This document shows positions 36,232 to 49,822 of a DNA stretch of 64,000 bases, piece by piece. Position 1 is the first letter of the stretch; every line of letters begins with the position of its first letter. The DNA comes from Felis catus (lineage: Eukaryota), in the NCBI RefSeq assembly GCF_018350175.1, contig NC_058368.1, positions 70,310,001 through 70,374,000 of the forward strand, read 5' to 3'. The translations under genes were made by a program, and so were the position numbers. The notes beneath the pieces are model-generated. The model did not search any database. It was not told the origin of the DNA and saw only the letters and a list, made by a program, of their open reading frames with translations.

Positions 36232-37429
36232 CTGCATTGAAAAAACACACAACAGATGGGTGCTGTGAGAGTTTAAACACCATATCTCAAAGAAGATGAT
36301 CTGCCCTAACACATTAAACAAGAAAGGGGAGAATCACGGAGAAGACGAAGTCAAAATCTGGGGTGAATTTCTATATAGATCAATGTTACCTTATTCCTTT
36401 TCCACCATAAAAGATGTTGCAGTGCTTTGCCACATGTTGAAGGATTTGACTCTTCTGGTGGCTTGGTCTGAAATCTAGTTCATTGGGATTATCCGGGTCT
36501 ATTTATAAACCCAATGGCTGCAAACTTATAAATATAAGTGCTCTCACCTAGAAAAAAGAAGCCTCAGTTCCAGAGTAACTATAACATAGAAATGTTACCC
36601 TTGGTGTTCTGGGACCCTTAAGGTGGGTTAACTTCCAGCCTAGCTGAAGATTTGAGAGAAGGTGGGCCCCAAATGGTCCACTATCACCTAGAACTATAGG
36701 CCACGATTGTTAAACCCGCACCTTAGTACATCCTGAAAACCAAACACCGACACTGAGCTCACAAGAGCAGAAATGATACAAATCATGATGAAGCAGGTTT
36801 TACTGAATAACCAGAGAAAACAACCCAAACCCACACAAAACCCACACAGTTAAGGTCCTAACTGTGACAAAACTAAAAACTGGGCTTTTTTCACTTATTG
36901 GTTTGCTGGACAGGGTTTGAGGGCAAGTAAGAGAGAAGTCACAGCCACAGGTAACAGCAAATTACTTTTATTGCTATTGTTTTGCCCCAGGCATTAAGCA
37001 CTGTGGTTTGATAAAACCTGCTCCTCTTTTTTACTGGTGCTGCATATGTTCTCTCTCGTTTGTTGAGAAGTGGTACAGACACAAGCCCAATCAAAGACCC
37101 CACCACCCTGAAGTTAAGGGATGAGGCTAAAGGAGAGAGGAGGGAAAGATCAAACCACCTTGCATCTGAACTTCCCTTTACTATGAGCCCTTTCTAAAAC
37201 CAATATCCTGCAGAGAAGACAAAGAAGATGGTCTCAGAATTATACAAAGACTTTTCCATTTACCTTTCCAAGTGAGAAGAGAGGTTTCCATTCGTCCATT
37301 TTATAGACCAAGAAACTAAATTACAGTTATGACTTGCTATTGTAAAGTAGGGAGAGAAAGATTCATTTTTCTCTCCATTTTTTTCCATTTTCCATTTCCA
37401 TTTTCATCCATTTTTTTAAGTTTTCTTGT

Positions 37430-37447
37430 TTGTTTGTTTTTTAATTT

Positions 37448-37501
<54 letters not shown>

Positions 37502-37620
37502 CTTAAGCAGACCCCACACTCAGTGCACAGCCCACATGGGGCTCAATCCCACAACCATGGGATCATGACTTGAGCTGAAATCATGAGTCAGATGCTCACC
37601 CAACTGAGCCACCCAGCAGC
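37430..37620 (-). mobile_element. Carnivore SINE with long (GA)n
   Basis: (GA)n at 37452-37499, then reverse head. Confidence 0.9.
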
Positions 37621-37774
37621 CTACTCATTCATTTTTTAAAAAGCCTCTTGCTATGAAAATTTCTTGAAGGAACATATGAATGAATGAATGGCCCATTACC
37701 CCATACTTGGGAGTTCAGTGGCTTACCTGATTCTGTTTAACTTACACAGAAAACATGTCAAGAGTTAGAAGAGG

Positions 37775-39212
37775 AACAATGCCACTCTCAAGTATACCCA
37801 AAGGAACAGAAAGCCAGGACTTGAATAGACAGATACATGTACGCCCATGTTCACCGCAACATTATTCACAAGAACCAAAAGGTGGAAGGACCCAAGTGTC
37901 CGTAGACAAACGAATGGGGGGTGGGAGGGGGATGTGGCATATGCATACAATGAAATATGATTCAGCCATAAAAAAGAATGAAGTTGGATAACCTTAAAAG
38001 CATTATGCTTAAGTGACAGAAGCCAGAAACAAAAGCACGAATATGTATGATTTCATTTATTGGGAGTTACCTAGAATAGGCAGTCATAAATACAGCAAGT
38101 AGAACAGAGGTTACTGGGGGCAGGGAAGGAAGAATGGGGACTTAATGTTTATGGGTACAGAGTTTGTTTGGAGTGATGAAAAATTCTGGAAATGGATAGT
38201 AATGATGGTTACACAACATAATAGATGTAATTAATACCACTGAATTACATGCTTAAAGATTGTTTAAATATCCTCGGAACATGAAAAACAGAACTACCAC
38301 ATGATCCGGCAATTCCACTTCTGTGTACATACCCAAAAGAATTGAAAGCAGGAACTTGAAAATATATTTGTACAGCCGGGTCCACAACAGCGTTATTCGT
38401 GATAGCCAAAACGTAGAAGCAACCCACGTGTCTGACAGATGAATGAATAAACAAAATGTGGGCAATAACAGAATGGAAAGTTATTCAGCCTTAAGAAGGA
38501 AGGCAGTTTTGACACATGCTACAAAATGGATGGACCCTGAAGATGGTATGCTGAATGAAATAAGCCAGACACAAAGGGGCAAATACTGTATGATTTCACC
38601 CAGATGAGGTACCTACAAAAGTCAAGTTTATAGGGACAGAAAGTAGAAGAGTGGTCGCTTGGGGGTTGGGAAGAATAGGGAGTTATTGCTTACCAGGTAC
38701 AGAGTTTCAGTTTTGCAGGATGAAAGAGTTCGGTGGGTGGACGGTGGACGGCAATGTGAACGTAAATGTGAACGTATTCAATGCCACTGGACTGTATACT
38801 TAAAACAGGCTGATGGCAAATTTTATGTTTTGTATATTTTACCACAATTTTTAAAAATTTAAAAAAGGCCAAATAGTAAATTTGGTGTTATACATATTTT
38901 ACCACAATTTTTGAAAACTAGGGGAGCCTGGGTGACTCAGTCGGTTGAGAGTCCGACTCTTGATCTCGTCTCAGGTCAGGAGCTCACGGTTCATGGGATG
39001 GAGCCCCGCATGGGGTTCTGCACTGACAGCGCAGAGCCTACTTGGGATTCTCTCTGTCTCCCTCTCTCTCCCTTCTTGCGTGTGCATTCTCTCTCTCAAA
39101 ATAAATAAATAAACTTAAAAAAAACACTAATATAAAAAACTATGGAATTGTACACTTTAAATAGGTGAGTTGCATGGTATGTGAATTAAACCTCAGTAAA
39201 GCTGTTAAAGAA
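37775..39212 (+). mobile_element. Stacked and nested L1 3' fragments
   Basis: Two successive L1 3' bodies (37775-38270 and 38280-38866), a resumed terminus at 38870-38915, and a third terminus at 39130-39212. Confidence 0.8.
38921..39124 (+). mobile_element. Carnivore SINE
   Basis: Body and tail. Confidence 0.9.
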
Positions 39213-41259
39213 AAACAACCGGAGGAGAAAGGGACAGCCCCCACTGGGCTACCTGTCAGCTGTCACCCCTGCTGCAAAGCCAGCTGTCCAACTCATCCAC
39301 TTCTGGGTGCCTCACCTTCCTCCCTGTTCCAGACCACAGGGAGTAAGCTAGAAAAGAAGCACCAGGACGCTCCCACCACAGTGTCTTCACTTATTTTCAC
39401 AGCCTGACACACACAGGAAACCCAGGAAATGGCTTATGGAATGAGTGAGTGGGGAAAAGTGAACTTGATAAAAATGGCAATTGCATTCAATGACTTACTA
39501 AGTTCTCAATAGCACTGCACTGGGACTTTAAAAAAATAACACCATTAAATACTGCTCGATACAAGCACACAAACACCAGAGAGAGTACAAGACCTAAAAG
39601 TACAGAGAAGTCACAGGACTTCAGAGTAGAGAAGAAATCGTATCTCGTTCATGCTTTTTCCGTGTGCTTGCAGGAAGATGATCGATAATAACCCGCCCTC
39701 ACATAAACAACTGGAGTATCTGGGTAAACGCTATGTGGGAACTTCTGGTTCTATTCTTACCTTTTTGTGTAAGCTTAAAATTCGGTAAAAGTTCCAAAAA
39801 CAGAATAAGGGAAAAAAATATTAATCTGCCCTTGTATGGGATAGGAGTCCTTCCAATGAAGACCATCATTAAAGGAGCTTTCTAGAAACTTCCAAGAGCA
39901 AAATCTGTGTCCCTGTGTAGAAAGAAGCAGGAAAAGTAGACTCCCTGTGAAGGATCTGAAAGGAAGGAGGGAACTTCTAGGAGGCTAGGAACTAGAATGT
40001 TTGTTTGGGGCTGGGGATGCTCTGGAGATGGAAGAAGATAGCTGCAGGGTATGGTGCACCTGGTAGAGAAAGCTGGAGCCCCTCCATGCTGGTGTCCTTA
40101 GATAAACGCCAGAGATAAGAGAAGCCTGGGAAGTGCTCCGTCAACTGTGGCCACAGTAGAAACAGAGCAGAGCAGGAAAAGAAACACAAGGAATCTGGAT
40201 TTGGGTTTGAAGGGAAAACGATACGCAATTATATGTGACATAAATAATGTGATTAATTATATTGATGACTACTATACACATTGTCCTTAGCTTTTCTCCA
40301 GGCTTTTAACAGGACTGCCCGGTAAAAGCCTATACAGCCTCTGTCCAGCATTAAATTTAAGACAGATAGCAGATACAGCTCATAACAGACCCTAAAAGTT
40401 TGCAGAGACTAGATCCAGGATCTGAGGCCTATTGTAAATTCCCAGCCCAAGGCATCTGGGCTTTTTTCCGAAATAAGCCAAACTTCCCAAAAGCACTGTC
40501 AGAAGCAAATATCAGCTACACTAGCATCACAGGGACATGGAATTTTAACAAAGTGCCTTTGTAGCTGAATGAAACAGAACCGAGTCTGGTTATTGTATTC
40601 TGTACCAAATGCTGTGAAGATAACAAATTTAAATTTCAGAAGGCCTTCGTCCAGTTTAGTGAATATAGTGTCTCTCTGATAAAGTGTACGCTAAATATAT
40701 TTTGGGGTAATTTTTAGAATATACATGTAAAATATATTTCCGAAAATACAACTGTGAGATCTGTTTTGCCACAGAGTCTAATAACAAGCAATTCAGCTTC
40801 TCTGGGCAACCAATTACTAAGATTTTTGGCATTGTCTTGGCACATAAATGGTGCCGATGAAGTTGTTTCTGAGCTTGTCTTTTAAAACAATAAATGTTAA
40901 AAAAAATAATAATAAAACAATAAATCTTAATGGAAAGTATCACCAGAGTGAGAGTTAATACTAAATATTCAAAAGTATAAAGATACGTATATGTTGTCAT
41001 CCTTATAAAAGGTAACATATTATTTTGTACATTATTAACTCCGGGGGAGAAAAAGATGTTATGTCTGCAATGATTCAACTAGGTGTGGCTCAAGCTTTGC
41101 CATGAATAAAACCAGCTCCTAATGGCCCAGAACAAAGACATGAGCAATCCAAATGTTATTTCTGAATGGATTTATGTTTTGGGGCAACAAACTTGCCTCC
41201 CTGATTCTGTTTTTCTAAGTCAAAATAAACTTCATAGAGCAAAGGCTGTAAGGCCACCC

Positions 41260-41718
41260 AGCCCCATTCTTCTCTGGGGCCAAGAAGTCCCTAGCTCTGA
41301 TGAGAGGGAGTGGCCAGAAGCCACATTCCTACAATGACCCACAGCCCTGGCCACAATGGAGGGTTCTAAGGGTAAACATCAGACCCAATCCAGATCCCCA
41401 CCCTGGGGGTTTTAGAGCTGAGCCTAAGAGAGGGACCGGTCCCTTCCCAAGTAGCTGGACTCTCAGAGTGCTGTCTCCAACCATGTAGACTGGGAGCAAA
41501 GAAAGGCAATATCCCGGTAGAGGAGGACCCAAAACTGAAGGAGAGCAGAGGTAAGGGAGAGATTCTTGAAGGCTGGGAAACCCCTCAACACACCCGGTGC
41601 CATCCCTGCCCTTGGGCTTGGGGAGACACTCTATGTCCTTATAATCCATTTCCCCTTTTTACTTAAATCACTTGAATTGAGTTTCTGTCCCCTGAAACCC
41701 AGACTCTAAATCAATACA
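41260..41718 (+). mobile_element. Old MLT1-like LTR
   Basis: 3' end ttccccttttacttaaatcacttgaattgagtttctgtc...aataca. Confidence 0.55.
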
Positions 41719-43329
41719 CAGAATTTCTAACATTCACACCAAAGAAGCGGTCTCAAAATATTAGGAGTTGACACACTGGGTCTGAAATCTTGCAGCACAC
41801 AACAAATAACCATGGAACAGAAGAAAAAAAATGATACTTTTAATCCTAATCTTTAAACAATTACCCTGCTACTCAGTAGGGAAAGTCCTGGCTGAGCTAG
41901 ATGACTGCTTGCATCTCACCTCAAATTTCTTCCGTAGGCCACTGACTCGCAGTCAGCTTTGCATTAGGGGACTTCCACACCTTGCTGTTGCACAAGAGTC
42001 CCCCAAATAAAATAATAGTTATTTGGACACCTAAATGTTTCCATAACACTAATATTCTGCCTTTAACAAAGAAAAAAGCAACTGCAACTTATAAAGGTTA
42101 AAAGTGCAAAGTATAAATTTAAAAGTGGAACAGCTTCAAAGCTCTTTGAAACAATAACTAAACCCTCCTTAAAGTGCAGTGGCTTCAAAAACACAGATAA
42201 GCAGACCCGGAGCTCCACGGGGGCTGACAACACGCTAAAAGAATGGCAGGCATACTACTTAGTGAACTGACATGCATTTAAGTGGATTTGAAGATACTGT
42301 CATTCACACCGATTTTCCTTATACTGATTAATACATAGTAATCTTATTACACAGAACTGCGGAGACCAGATTTACAACTCTAAGAGAACTGTGTACCTTT
42401 TATTAGACAATATCTCAAAAGGCAAAAGAATGTGCCAAAATCCCGGGGGGCGGGGGGGCTACCACTTCCAAGTATTTGTACATTACCTCTCCCAAAACCG
42501 TACATGACTAGCAAACCAAGAAAAATGTGAAATGGCGGCAACTTCAAAAATCTGACCCTAGTGATTCAAAACCCCAGCTCAGCAGTACTGGTATCTTGAC
42601 ATAGGTATCATGCAGGTCACGGAGCAGAGCCCGGGCTCTACCAGGCCAAGTGAAGAACCAGACAGGCCATCTGCTAGTGTCAGCAGCCCCAAGACTCCCT
42701 GCTCTAACACCACATTGCCCCTCCCCCACCCAGCTCCACATGTCCCGTAAGCCTAGGCCATTTACTAAGGGTGCCCCACACACCTTGGCCAAACACTCCC
42801 CAGCGGAGGCCTTAGAAGCACTCAGCATATTTCAACAAGGCTGAGGAATGAGGCAGAGCCAAGGAAAATGTTTGGGGTAGCAGCTCAACCCCTTGGAGGA
42901 CCCATGGGTCACATGCGGCAGCGCCATGCCAGCCCCGCTCTGGAGACACGTCTCTACCATCCAGGCCCTGACCAAAGACCACTTTGTGGGTAAACCCAAA
43001 GCGCACTTTGCAACTCTTACGTTCCTTCTCAGAAGCTTAGGACACCCTGGGACACCTCCTTCCTTGGCTTCTCTGACACCCCACCCTCCTGGATGCCTCT
43101 TACCTCTCTGGTCTACAGGTCCAACACCCATGAGGTCTCCTTTTCCACTACTGGGCCTGTAAAAGAGTGATGGGGCCACTTCTCCTCTCTGCCACACCCT
43201 TCTCCCTAGGGAATCACAGCTACTCCCACAGTTTCCAGGCATGTCCACAGAAAGCCTCAAATTTTAGGTAGGTCCACCACAATCAGAGATTCTGACTCCA
43301 TGTCTGGAGTGAAGCCTAAGAATTTGCAT

Positions 43330-43553
43330 TTTTTTTTAATTTTTTTTTAATGTTTATTTATTTTTGAGACAGAGAGAGAGACAGAGCATGAACAGGGGAG
43401 GGTCAGAGAGAGAGGGAGACACAGAATCTGAAATAGGCTCCGGGCTCCGAGCTGTCAGCATAGAGCCGATGCAGGGCTCAAACTCATGGACCGCGAGATC
43501 ATGACCTGGGCCCAAGTCTGACGCTCAACTGACTGAGCCACCCAGGCGCCCCA
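43330..43553 (-). mobile_element. Felid SINE inserted in a MER5-like remnant
   Basis: TSD aagaatttgcattttt; flank cagagattctgactc...gcctaagaatttgcatttt. Confidence 0.9.
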
Positions 43554-44086
43554 AGAATTTGCATTTTTAATAAGAACACTGAGTATTTGGATTCCTGAGC
43601 TCTGTATCAACTATCTACTTGATACAGCCATGTGCCTGCTCCAGGGACATCCCAGCGGGTCAGGCTATAAGCATGCTGAGGTCACCTTTCTTCTCTACCC
43701 TGCTCTCTCCTCCATCCACAGCTCCAGATGGACCTACAGGCATCATCCTCAATTCCTCATCTAATGAATCACCAAACCCCACCACATTTTGTATTTTGAA
43801 TTGTCTATGTCCTGTCACTCCCACTGCTATTTCCCTAGTTTAAACCATCCATGTCTGACACGTATTACTCAAACAGCCTCTTGATGTGCTCCCTGCCTCT
43901 GGTCTTGCCCCTTTTAAACCACTTTCGCCACAGCCAGACTAATTTTCCAAAAACACAGATCCAACTGTGTCCACCACCCTGTTTAAAATCCTTCAAGGAC
44001 TCCCAAACAACCTTAGGATAACATTCACTTTTTTTTTTTAATGTGATACACATACCATAAAATTGCTTTGAAGTATACAATTCAGT

Positions 44087-44270
44087 GGGGTGCCTGCGTG
44101 GCTCAGGTGGTTAACCAGCCAACTCTTGACTTCGGCTCAGGTTATGGTCTCACAGATCATGGGATCCTGCCCTGACTTCACAAAGCCTGCTTGGGATTCT
44201 CTCTTTCCCTCTCTCTCTGCCCCTCCTCTACTTGCACTCTCTTTCTCAAAAGTAAACTTAAAAAAAAAAA
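44087..44270 (+). mobile_element. Carnivore SINE
   Basis: Flanked by aattcagtg direct repeats. Confidence 0.88.
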
Positions 44271-44674
44271 GTGTATAATTCAGTGATGCTAATATATCCC
44301 CAAGGTTGTGCAACCATCATAACAAACTAATCTTCACCATTCCAAAAAGATACCCTGCACCTATTAGCAGACACTCTCCCTTCGCCAGGACCTGGTAACC
44401 ACTAATCTAGTTTCTGTCCCTGTGGATTTGCCTATTCTGGACATTCAAAAAAAAAATGGAATCAAGCAATATGTGACCTTTTGTGTCTGGCTTCCTCCAC
44501 TTAGCATGTTTTCAAGCTTCATCCATATTGAGATATATCAGTACCTCACCTCTTTTTATAGCTAAATAATATTCCACTGTGTGAATATACATTTTATTTA
44601 TCTATTCATCTGTTATGGACATTCGGGTTCTCTATTTTTGGGCAATTATCCATAATGCCACTATGAACATCCAT

Positions 44675-45120
44675 TGTGATATCTAATTTTATGTATCAAA
44701 TTGACTGCACCACCAGACGCCCAGATATTTAGCTAAATATTATGTCTGAGTATGTCTGTGAGAGTGTTTGGGGATAAAATTAGAATTTGAATCAGTGGAC
44801 TCAAGAAAGCAGTTCACCCTCTCCAGTCTGGGTGTGCATCGTCCAATTCGTTGACAATCTGAATAAGACAAAAAGGCCAAGGAAGGAAGAATTTGGTCCT
44901 TCCTGTGTTTCTTAAGCTGGGACATCAATCTTCCTCTGCCCTTGGTGTTGCCGGTTCTCAGGCCTTCGGACTTGGACTGGATTATACCACTGGTGTTCCT
45001 GGGTCTCCAGTCTACAAATGGTAAAATGTGAGACTTTTCAGCCTCCATAATTGTGGGGGACAATTCCTTATAATAAATCTCCTGTTGCTTCTGCTTCTCT
45101 GGAGAATCCTGAGTAATACA
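44675..45120 (+). mobile_element. MLT2 (ERVL) solo LTR
   Basis: TGTGAT...TAATACA ends; TSD TCCAT/TCCAC; MLT2 motifs taattttatgtatcaa and tctctggagaatcctgagtaataca. Confidence 0.9.
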
Positions 45121-45439
45121 TCCACGTAAAAATTTTTGTGTGGACATATGTTCTCAATTCTATTAGCTATATGCCTACAAGTGGAATAGCTGGGTCATAG
45201 AGTGACTCTATATTTAGCTTTTTGAAGACCTGACAACAAAGTCTTCAAACAAAAAAGTGCAAACACTTTTCCAAAGTGGCTGTGCCATTTTACATTCCCA
45301 CCAGCAATGCATGAGGCTCAAATCTCTCCACATCCTCACCAACATGACAATAACAGAGAAGACTTATTGCCTGTCTTTATGTTACAGCCATCCTAGTGTG
45401 TGCAAAGTGGTATCTCACTGTGGTGTGGGTTTGTGTTGT

Positions 45440-45646
45440 TTTTTTTTTTTTTTTTGAAAGTTTATTTTGAGAGAGATAGAAAGAGAACACAACAGGGGAG
45501 GGGCAGAGAGAGGGGTGACACAGGATCTGAAGTGGGCTCTGTGCTGACTAGCAGAGAGCCCGATGGAGGGCTCAGACTCATGAACAGTGAGATCATGATC
45601 TGAGCCAAAGTCAGAAGCCCAACTGACTGAGCCACCCAAGTGCCCC
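45440..45646 (-). mobile_element. Carnivore SINE
   Basis: Reverse SINE body. Confidence 0.9.
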
Positions 45647-47379
45647 TCACCATGGTTATGAATTACATTTCCCCGAACAGATTTCTACAGTTGAGCAGAG
45701 CCATTTGTATATTTCCTTTAAAGAAATGTTTGTGTAGATTCTTTGTTCATTTTTTAAGTTCTATTTTAATTAAGTTTAAGAGTTCTTTATACATCTAGAT
45801 GCAAGTCCCTTATCAGATAAACAACTTACATATCTTTTCTCTTATTGGTGTATTACCTTTTCACTTTCTTCATTGTGTCCTTTAAAACACAAAAGTTTTC
45901 ATTTTCATAGTGTTCAATTTATCTATTTTTTTTTCTTTTGTTGCTTGTGCTTTTAGTGTCATATCTAAGAAATTAATGCCTAATCCAAAGTCATGAAGAT
46001 TTATAACCTATGTTCTTTTTCAAAGAGTTTTATAGTTTTAGATCTTACATTTAAGTCTATGATCAATCATAAGTTAGTTTTTACATATGGCATGACATTA
46101 GGACCCAACTTCATTCTTTTGCAACAGATATGCAGTTGTCCCAGCACTGTATGTTGAAAACACTGCTCTATCTCCGTTGAATGGTCTTGGCACTCTTGTC
46201 GAAAATCAATGTACTATAAATGTATCAATTTATTTCTGGACTCTCAATTCTAGTCCATTGAAATATATGTCTATCCTATGCCAGAATCACTCTATTTTGA
46301 TTACTGTAGCTCTATAGTAATTTTTAAAAGCAGCAAGTGTAAGTCTTCCAACTTTGTTCTTTTTTCAAAATTATTTTCACTATTCTGGGTTCCTTGCATT
46401 TCCATATGAATTTTAGGATCAGCTTATCAATACCCACAAAAAAGGATGCTAGAATTTTGACAGAAATTAAATCTGTAGATAGATTTGTGAACTGGACATC
46501 TTAACAATATAAGTCTTCCAATCTATGAACACTGGATGTCCTTCCATTTATTTAGTATTCTTTCTTTTAACAATTTTTTTGGTAGACAAATCTTGCAATG
46601 TTTTTGTTAAATTCAGTTCCAAGTATTTTATTCTTTTTCATGCTATTGTAAAATGGAATTGCTTTCTTAATTTAATTTTTGGTTTATTCACTGCTAGTGT
46701 AGACAAACACAATTGATTTTTCTATATTAATCTTATGTCCTGAATCTTTGTTGAATTCCTAAGTTCACACATGCCCTAGACGGCCCTTTGTGTTGGGCTC
46801 CAACTTACCTCTTCAGAGCTCTCTCTTATCACCCTCATCTGGGACTATAGGCTTTGGTCATATTGACCAGCTTTTAGCTCCTGGATGATTCCATGCTTTT
46901 TCTTGCCTCCAGGCCTTTGCACACACTGTTCCCTAAGGTTAGAATAAAATATCTCCCTTTATCTGGCCCATTTCTTCTTATCATTCAGGTCTCAGCCTAG
47001 ATGTCATTCCTTCTAGTCCAGAACAGGCATCTTTCCTATGTCATCACAGAAAATCCCACACGTTTCTTTTCAGAATTCCTATCCCACTATGTTGGAACGG
47101 ATTACCTGTTAATCTCCTGATCAGGGAAGGTCTGTGAGATCAAGCACCATATCTGTCCAATTTATAATTCTTTCCCAGCTTCTAGCCCAGTGGCTACTAT
47201 GTAACAGTAGTCAATGACTATTTATTACAGAACCTACCAAAAGCAACGTGTTATCTAGTCCAAGCTTCTACACCTCCCATTTTACATGTTAATCCTGCCT
47301 TACCTATAATAAAATAGCTAGTAGATTTGATATTAAACATGTTTCCACAGATTAAAAAAAAAAGCCCAAGACAATGTAT

Positions 47380-47550
47380 CTGTTTAAATGTTTATTTATT
47401 TTGAGACAGAGAGAGAACACCAAGCAGACTCCACCCTGTCAGCACAGAGCCCTACATACAGCTCGATCCCATGAACCATGAGACCATGAGACCATGACCT
47501 GAGCAGAAATCAAGTCAGCTGCTTAAGTGACTGAGCCACCCAGGCACCCC
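47380..47550 (-). mobile_element. Carnivore SINE
   Basis: TSD agcccaagacaat. Confidence 0.88.
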
Positions 47551-47554
47551 AGCC

Positions 47555-47664
47555 CAAGACAATTTAATACCATGCCTTATAAAGATTTCTCAAAACAATT
47601 TAATCCCATGCCTTATAAGGATTTCTCAAGACAATTTAATCCTACGCCTTATAAGGATTTCTCA
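47555..47664. repeat. Minisatellite, 3 x 36 bp
   Basis: Unit caagacaatttaatcccatgccttataaggatttct at 47555, 47591 and 47627. Confidence 0.95.
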
Positions 47665-48527
47665 CACTATCTTTATAAACTAAAATGGACTGAAAGTATG
47701 ACCTACTGATAGCTGCTCTATAAATGTTTACTGAGATAAAGGGAGAAGTGTCATCCCACAAAACACCTAAGCATTTGTCAATATGGCAAAACAAGGAGGG
47801 AATGGGAAGGTCAAGAAGATAATGCAAAAGGGCAGAAGCCAATGTACATTTCCTCTTTTCCCCTCAAAAAATTGTTGTATTGTCCTGTATCTTCTCTTTT
47901 ATATTTTCTTTATCTCTCTTACAACCAAGTCTCTCAAAGATATCCTCTCTCCCTCCCTCACACACGCAAACACACACACACACACACACACACCACTCAC
48001 TCACTAATATAAATCTATCTTCAGACTTCCTTCTTGCCCAGCACTCCTTCTCCTTGACTGACAAGATATGAAATACCCTGAGTTGACCAGCTTCTCAACT
48101 GACCACTACACAGTTTTCTAGCTCCAAACAAACTTGGAAATCATCAGGTCTAAAACCCATGGCAGAATGGAAGGCCAACCTCAAAGGTAAAAAGTCACCA
48201 GTGAACATGCGGCATGCAGGCAAGACAGCTTCCATGGAGAGTTTTCAGGAGGATCTTCCCTGACCCTGTCTCCACTCCCACAGCTGCCAGAAAACTCTGG
48301 TTTTCTCTCCTTCGCCACACTGCTCTAATTTTCCACGTCTAAGTCTTTCCAGCCCATTCCTGTACCATTCAGTTGCCCATAGGTGTTTTCTAATTTTCCT
48401 ATAATAAACATGAACTACTCCTGTAATAAGAGAGGCAAAAGTTAGTTCTTTTTAAAAAGAACCAACAAATGATTCCCTAGGAGGTTATGACAAACCATCC
48501 TATAAATCTAATTTGGAAGAATTAGAG

Positions 48528-48546
48528 TTTTTTTGTTTTGTTTTGT

Positions 48547-48587
<41 letters not shown>

Positions 48588-48779
48588 ATGTGAGTGAGGG
48601 AAAGAGGGGGATGGGGGGAGACAGAGAAAGAAAGAGAGAGAGAGAGAGAGAGAGTATCCTAAGCATGCTCAACGTTCAACATAGAGCCCAACACAGGGCT
48701 CGATCCCACAACCCTAGGTTTATGACCTAAACCAACATCAAGAGTTGGACACTCAATCGACTGAGCCACCCACTTGCCC
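48528..48779 (-). mobile_element. Carnivore SINE with (GA)n
   Basis: Reverse SINE body. Confidence 0.88.
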
Positions 48780-49619
48780 TAAGAATTTGCCTTTTTTATG
48801 TGATTTTTAAACCTAAAAATAAATATAACTTGGATAGAGTTTCAGTTCATTGACCCCTTACAGGCAAACTTCGAATGACCTCATGAGAAACAGAATAATT
48901 GTTTCATTTTTCTAATCTGTCATGTGCTATAGATCTCTGTGTCTGACAAGTTTTTAAATCACAAAGCATAAACTTATAACCATCTTATTAAGCACCATAA
49001 ATAAAAAGAAAAGCATTTGACTTGGCCCGCAGTGACTGATTTCCTTCCCATCCCCTCAGATTCCTTAAAGACGCAGAAAGAATGAGGTGCATTTGTCTGC
49101 ATTCTCTCCCCCAAGCCTTCTCCAACAGGATATCTCCATCCGCTGCTTGCTTTTTGTTCACTGCTCGTAACAGGAAAACTCGCTTTCCTGCTTTCTCAAT
49201 ACCAAATGGGCTAGTTCTGGGGGGGGGCGGGGGGGAACATCCCCTCAGAATCCACCCCAAGGCTACACAGAAGGCAAGAGAAACAAAAGCTGGTCCATTC
49301 TTTCCCCAAATATTCCATTGGCAGGCAGCCGAGGACCACGCCAGTTTGGTGGTTTAATATCCTGTCGCTTCCAGCAAAGCGGAAAAAGATAGAAAAAATT
49401 ATAAAATTGCCATCCCAGGATCCCAGAATTTGCTTTGCTGGTGTTAATATGTGTAGGGCATTCATCATGACACCACCTTTCACAGGAAAGGAAAAACAGC
49501 CACTGTCAGATAAGTTACACTGTTAAGAAAAGGCCTATGGAAAGGTGCATGGCTTTGAATACAAGGGGTCCAGGAAAAATATCAACAGAAGGAATCACTC
49601 TTCATGTTAGAAGAATTTT

Positions 49620-49822
49620 AATTTTTTTTTAATGTTTATTTTACTGAAAGAGAGCAGAGTGTGAATGGGGGAGGGGCAGAGAGAAGGAGACACAGAATCT
49701 GAAGCAGCTCCAGGCTCTGAGCTGTCAGCACAGAGCCTGACACAGGGCTTGAACCCACGAACTATGAGATCATGACCTGAGCTGAAGTCCGATGCTTAAC
49801 TGACTGAACCACCCAGATGCCC
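49620..49822 (-). mobile_element. Carnivore SINE
   Basis: TSD gttagaagaatttta. Confidence 0.92.

Larger units (their letters stand above)
44030..46760 (-). mobile_element. L1 3' portion (about 2 kb net), interrupted by MLT2 and two SINEs
   Basis: Reverse L1 motifs: tttacattcccaccagcaatg, ccaacttcattcttttgca, tccatatgaattttaggatcagc. Confidence 0.9.
43620..47230 (+). mobile_element. L2 element split by an L1 insertion (L2 parts about 43620-44025 and 46760-47230)
   Basis: aaacagcctcttg...ctccctgcctct...tttaaaatccttcaaggactccc, resuming with ggcctttgcacacactgttccct...caggtctcagc. Confidence 0.7.

Noticed and set aside
42544..43260. Cluster of GC-rich ORFs
   Set aside because: Overlap on both strands, no recognisable protein, no convincing exon boundaries.
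47555..47664. CRISPR-like 36-bp repeats
   Set aside because: Units are contiguous with no spacers; eukaryotic context; no cas genes.
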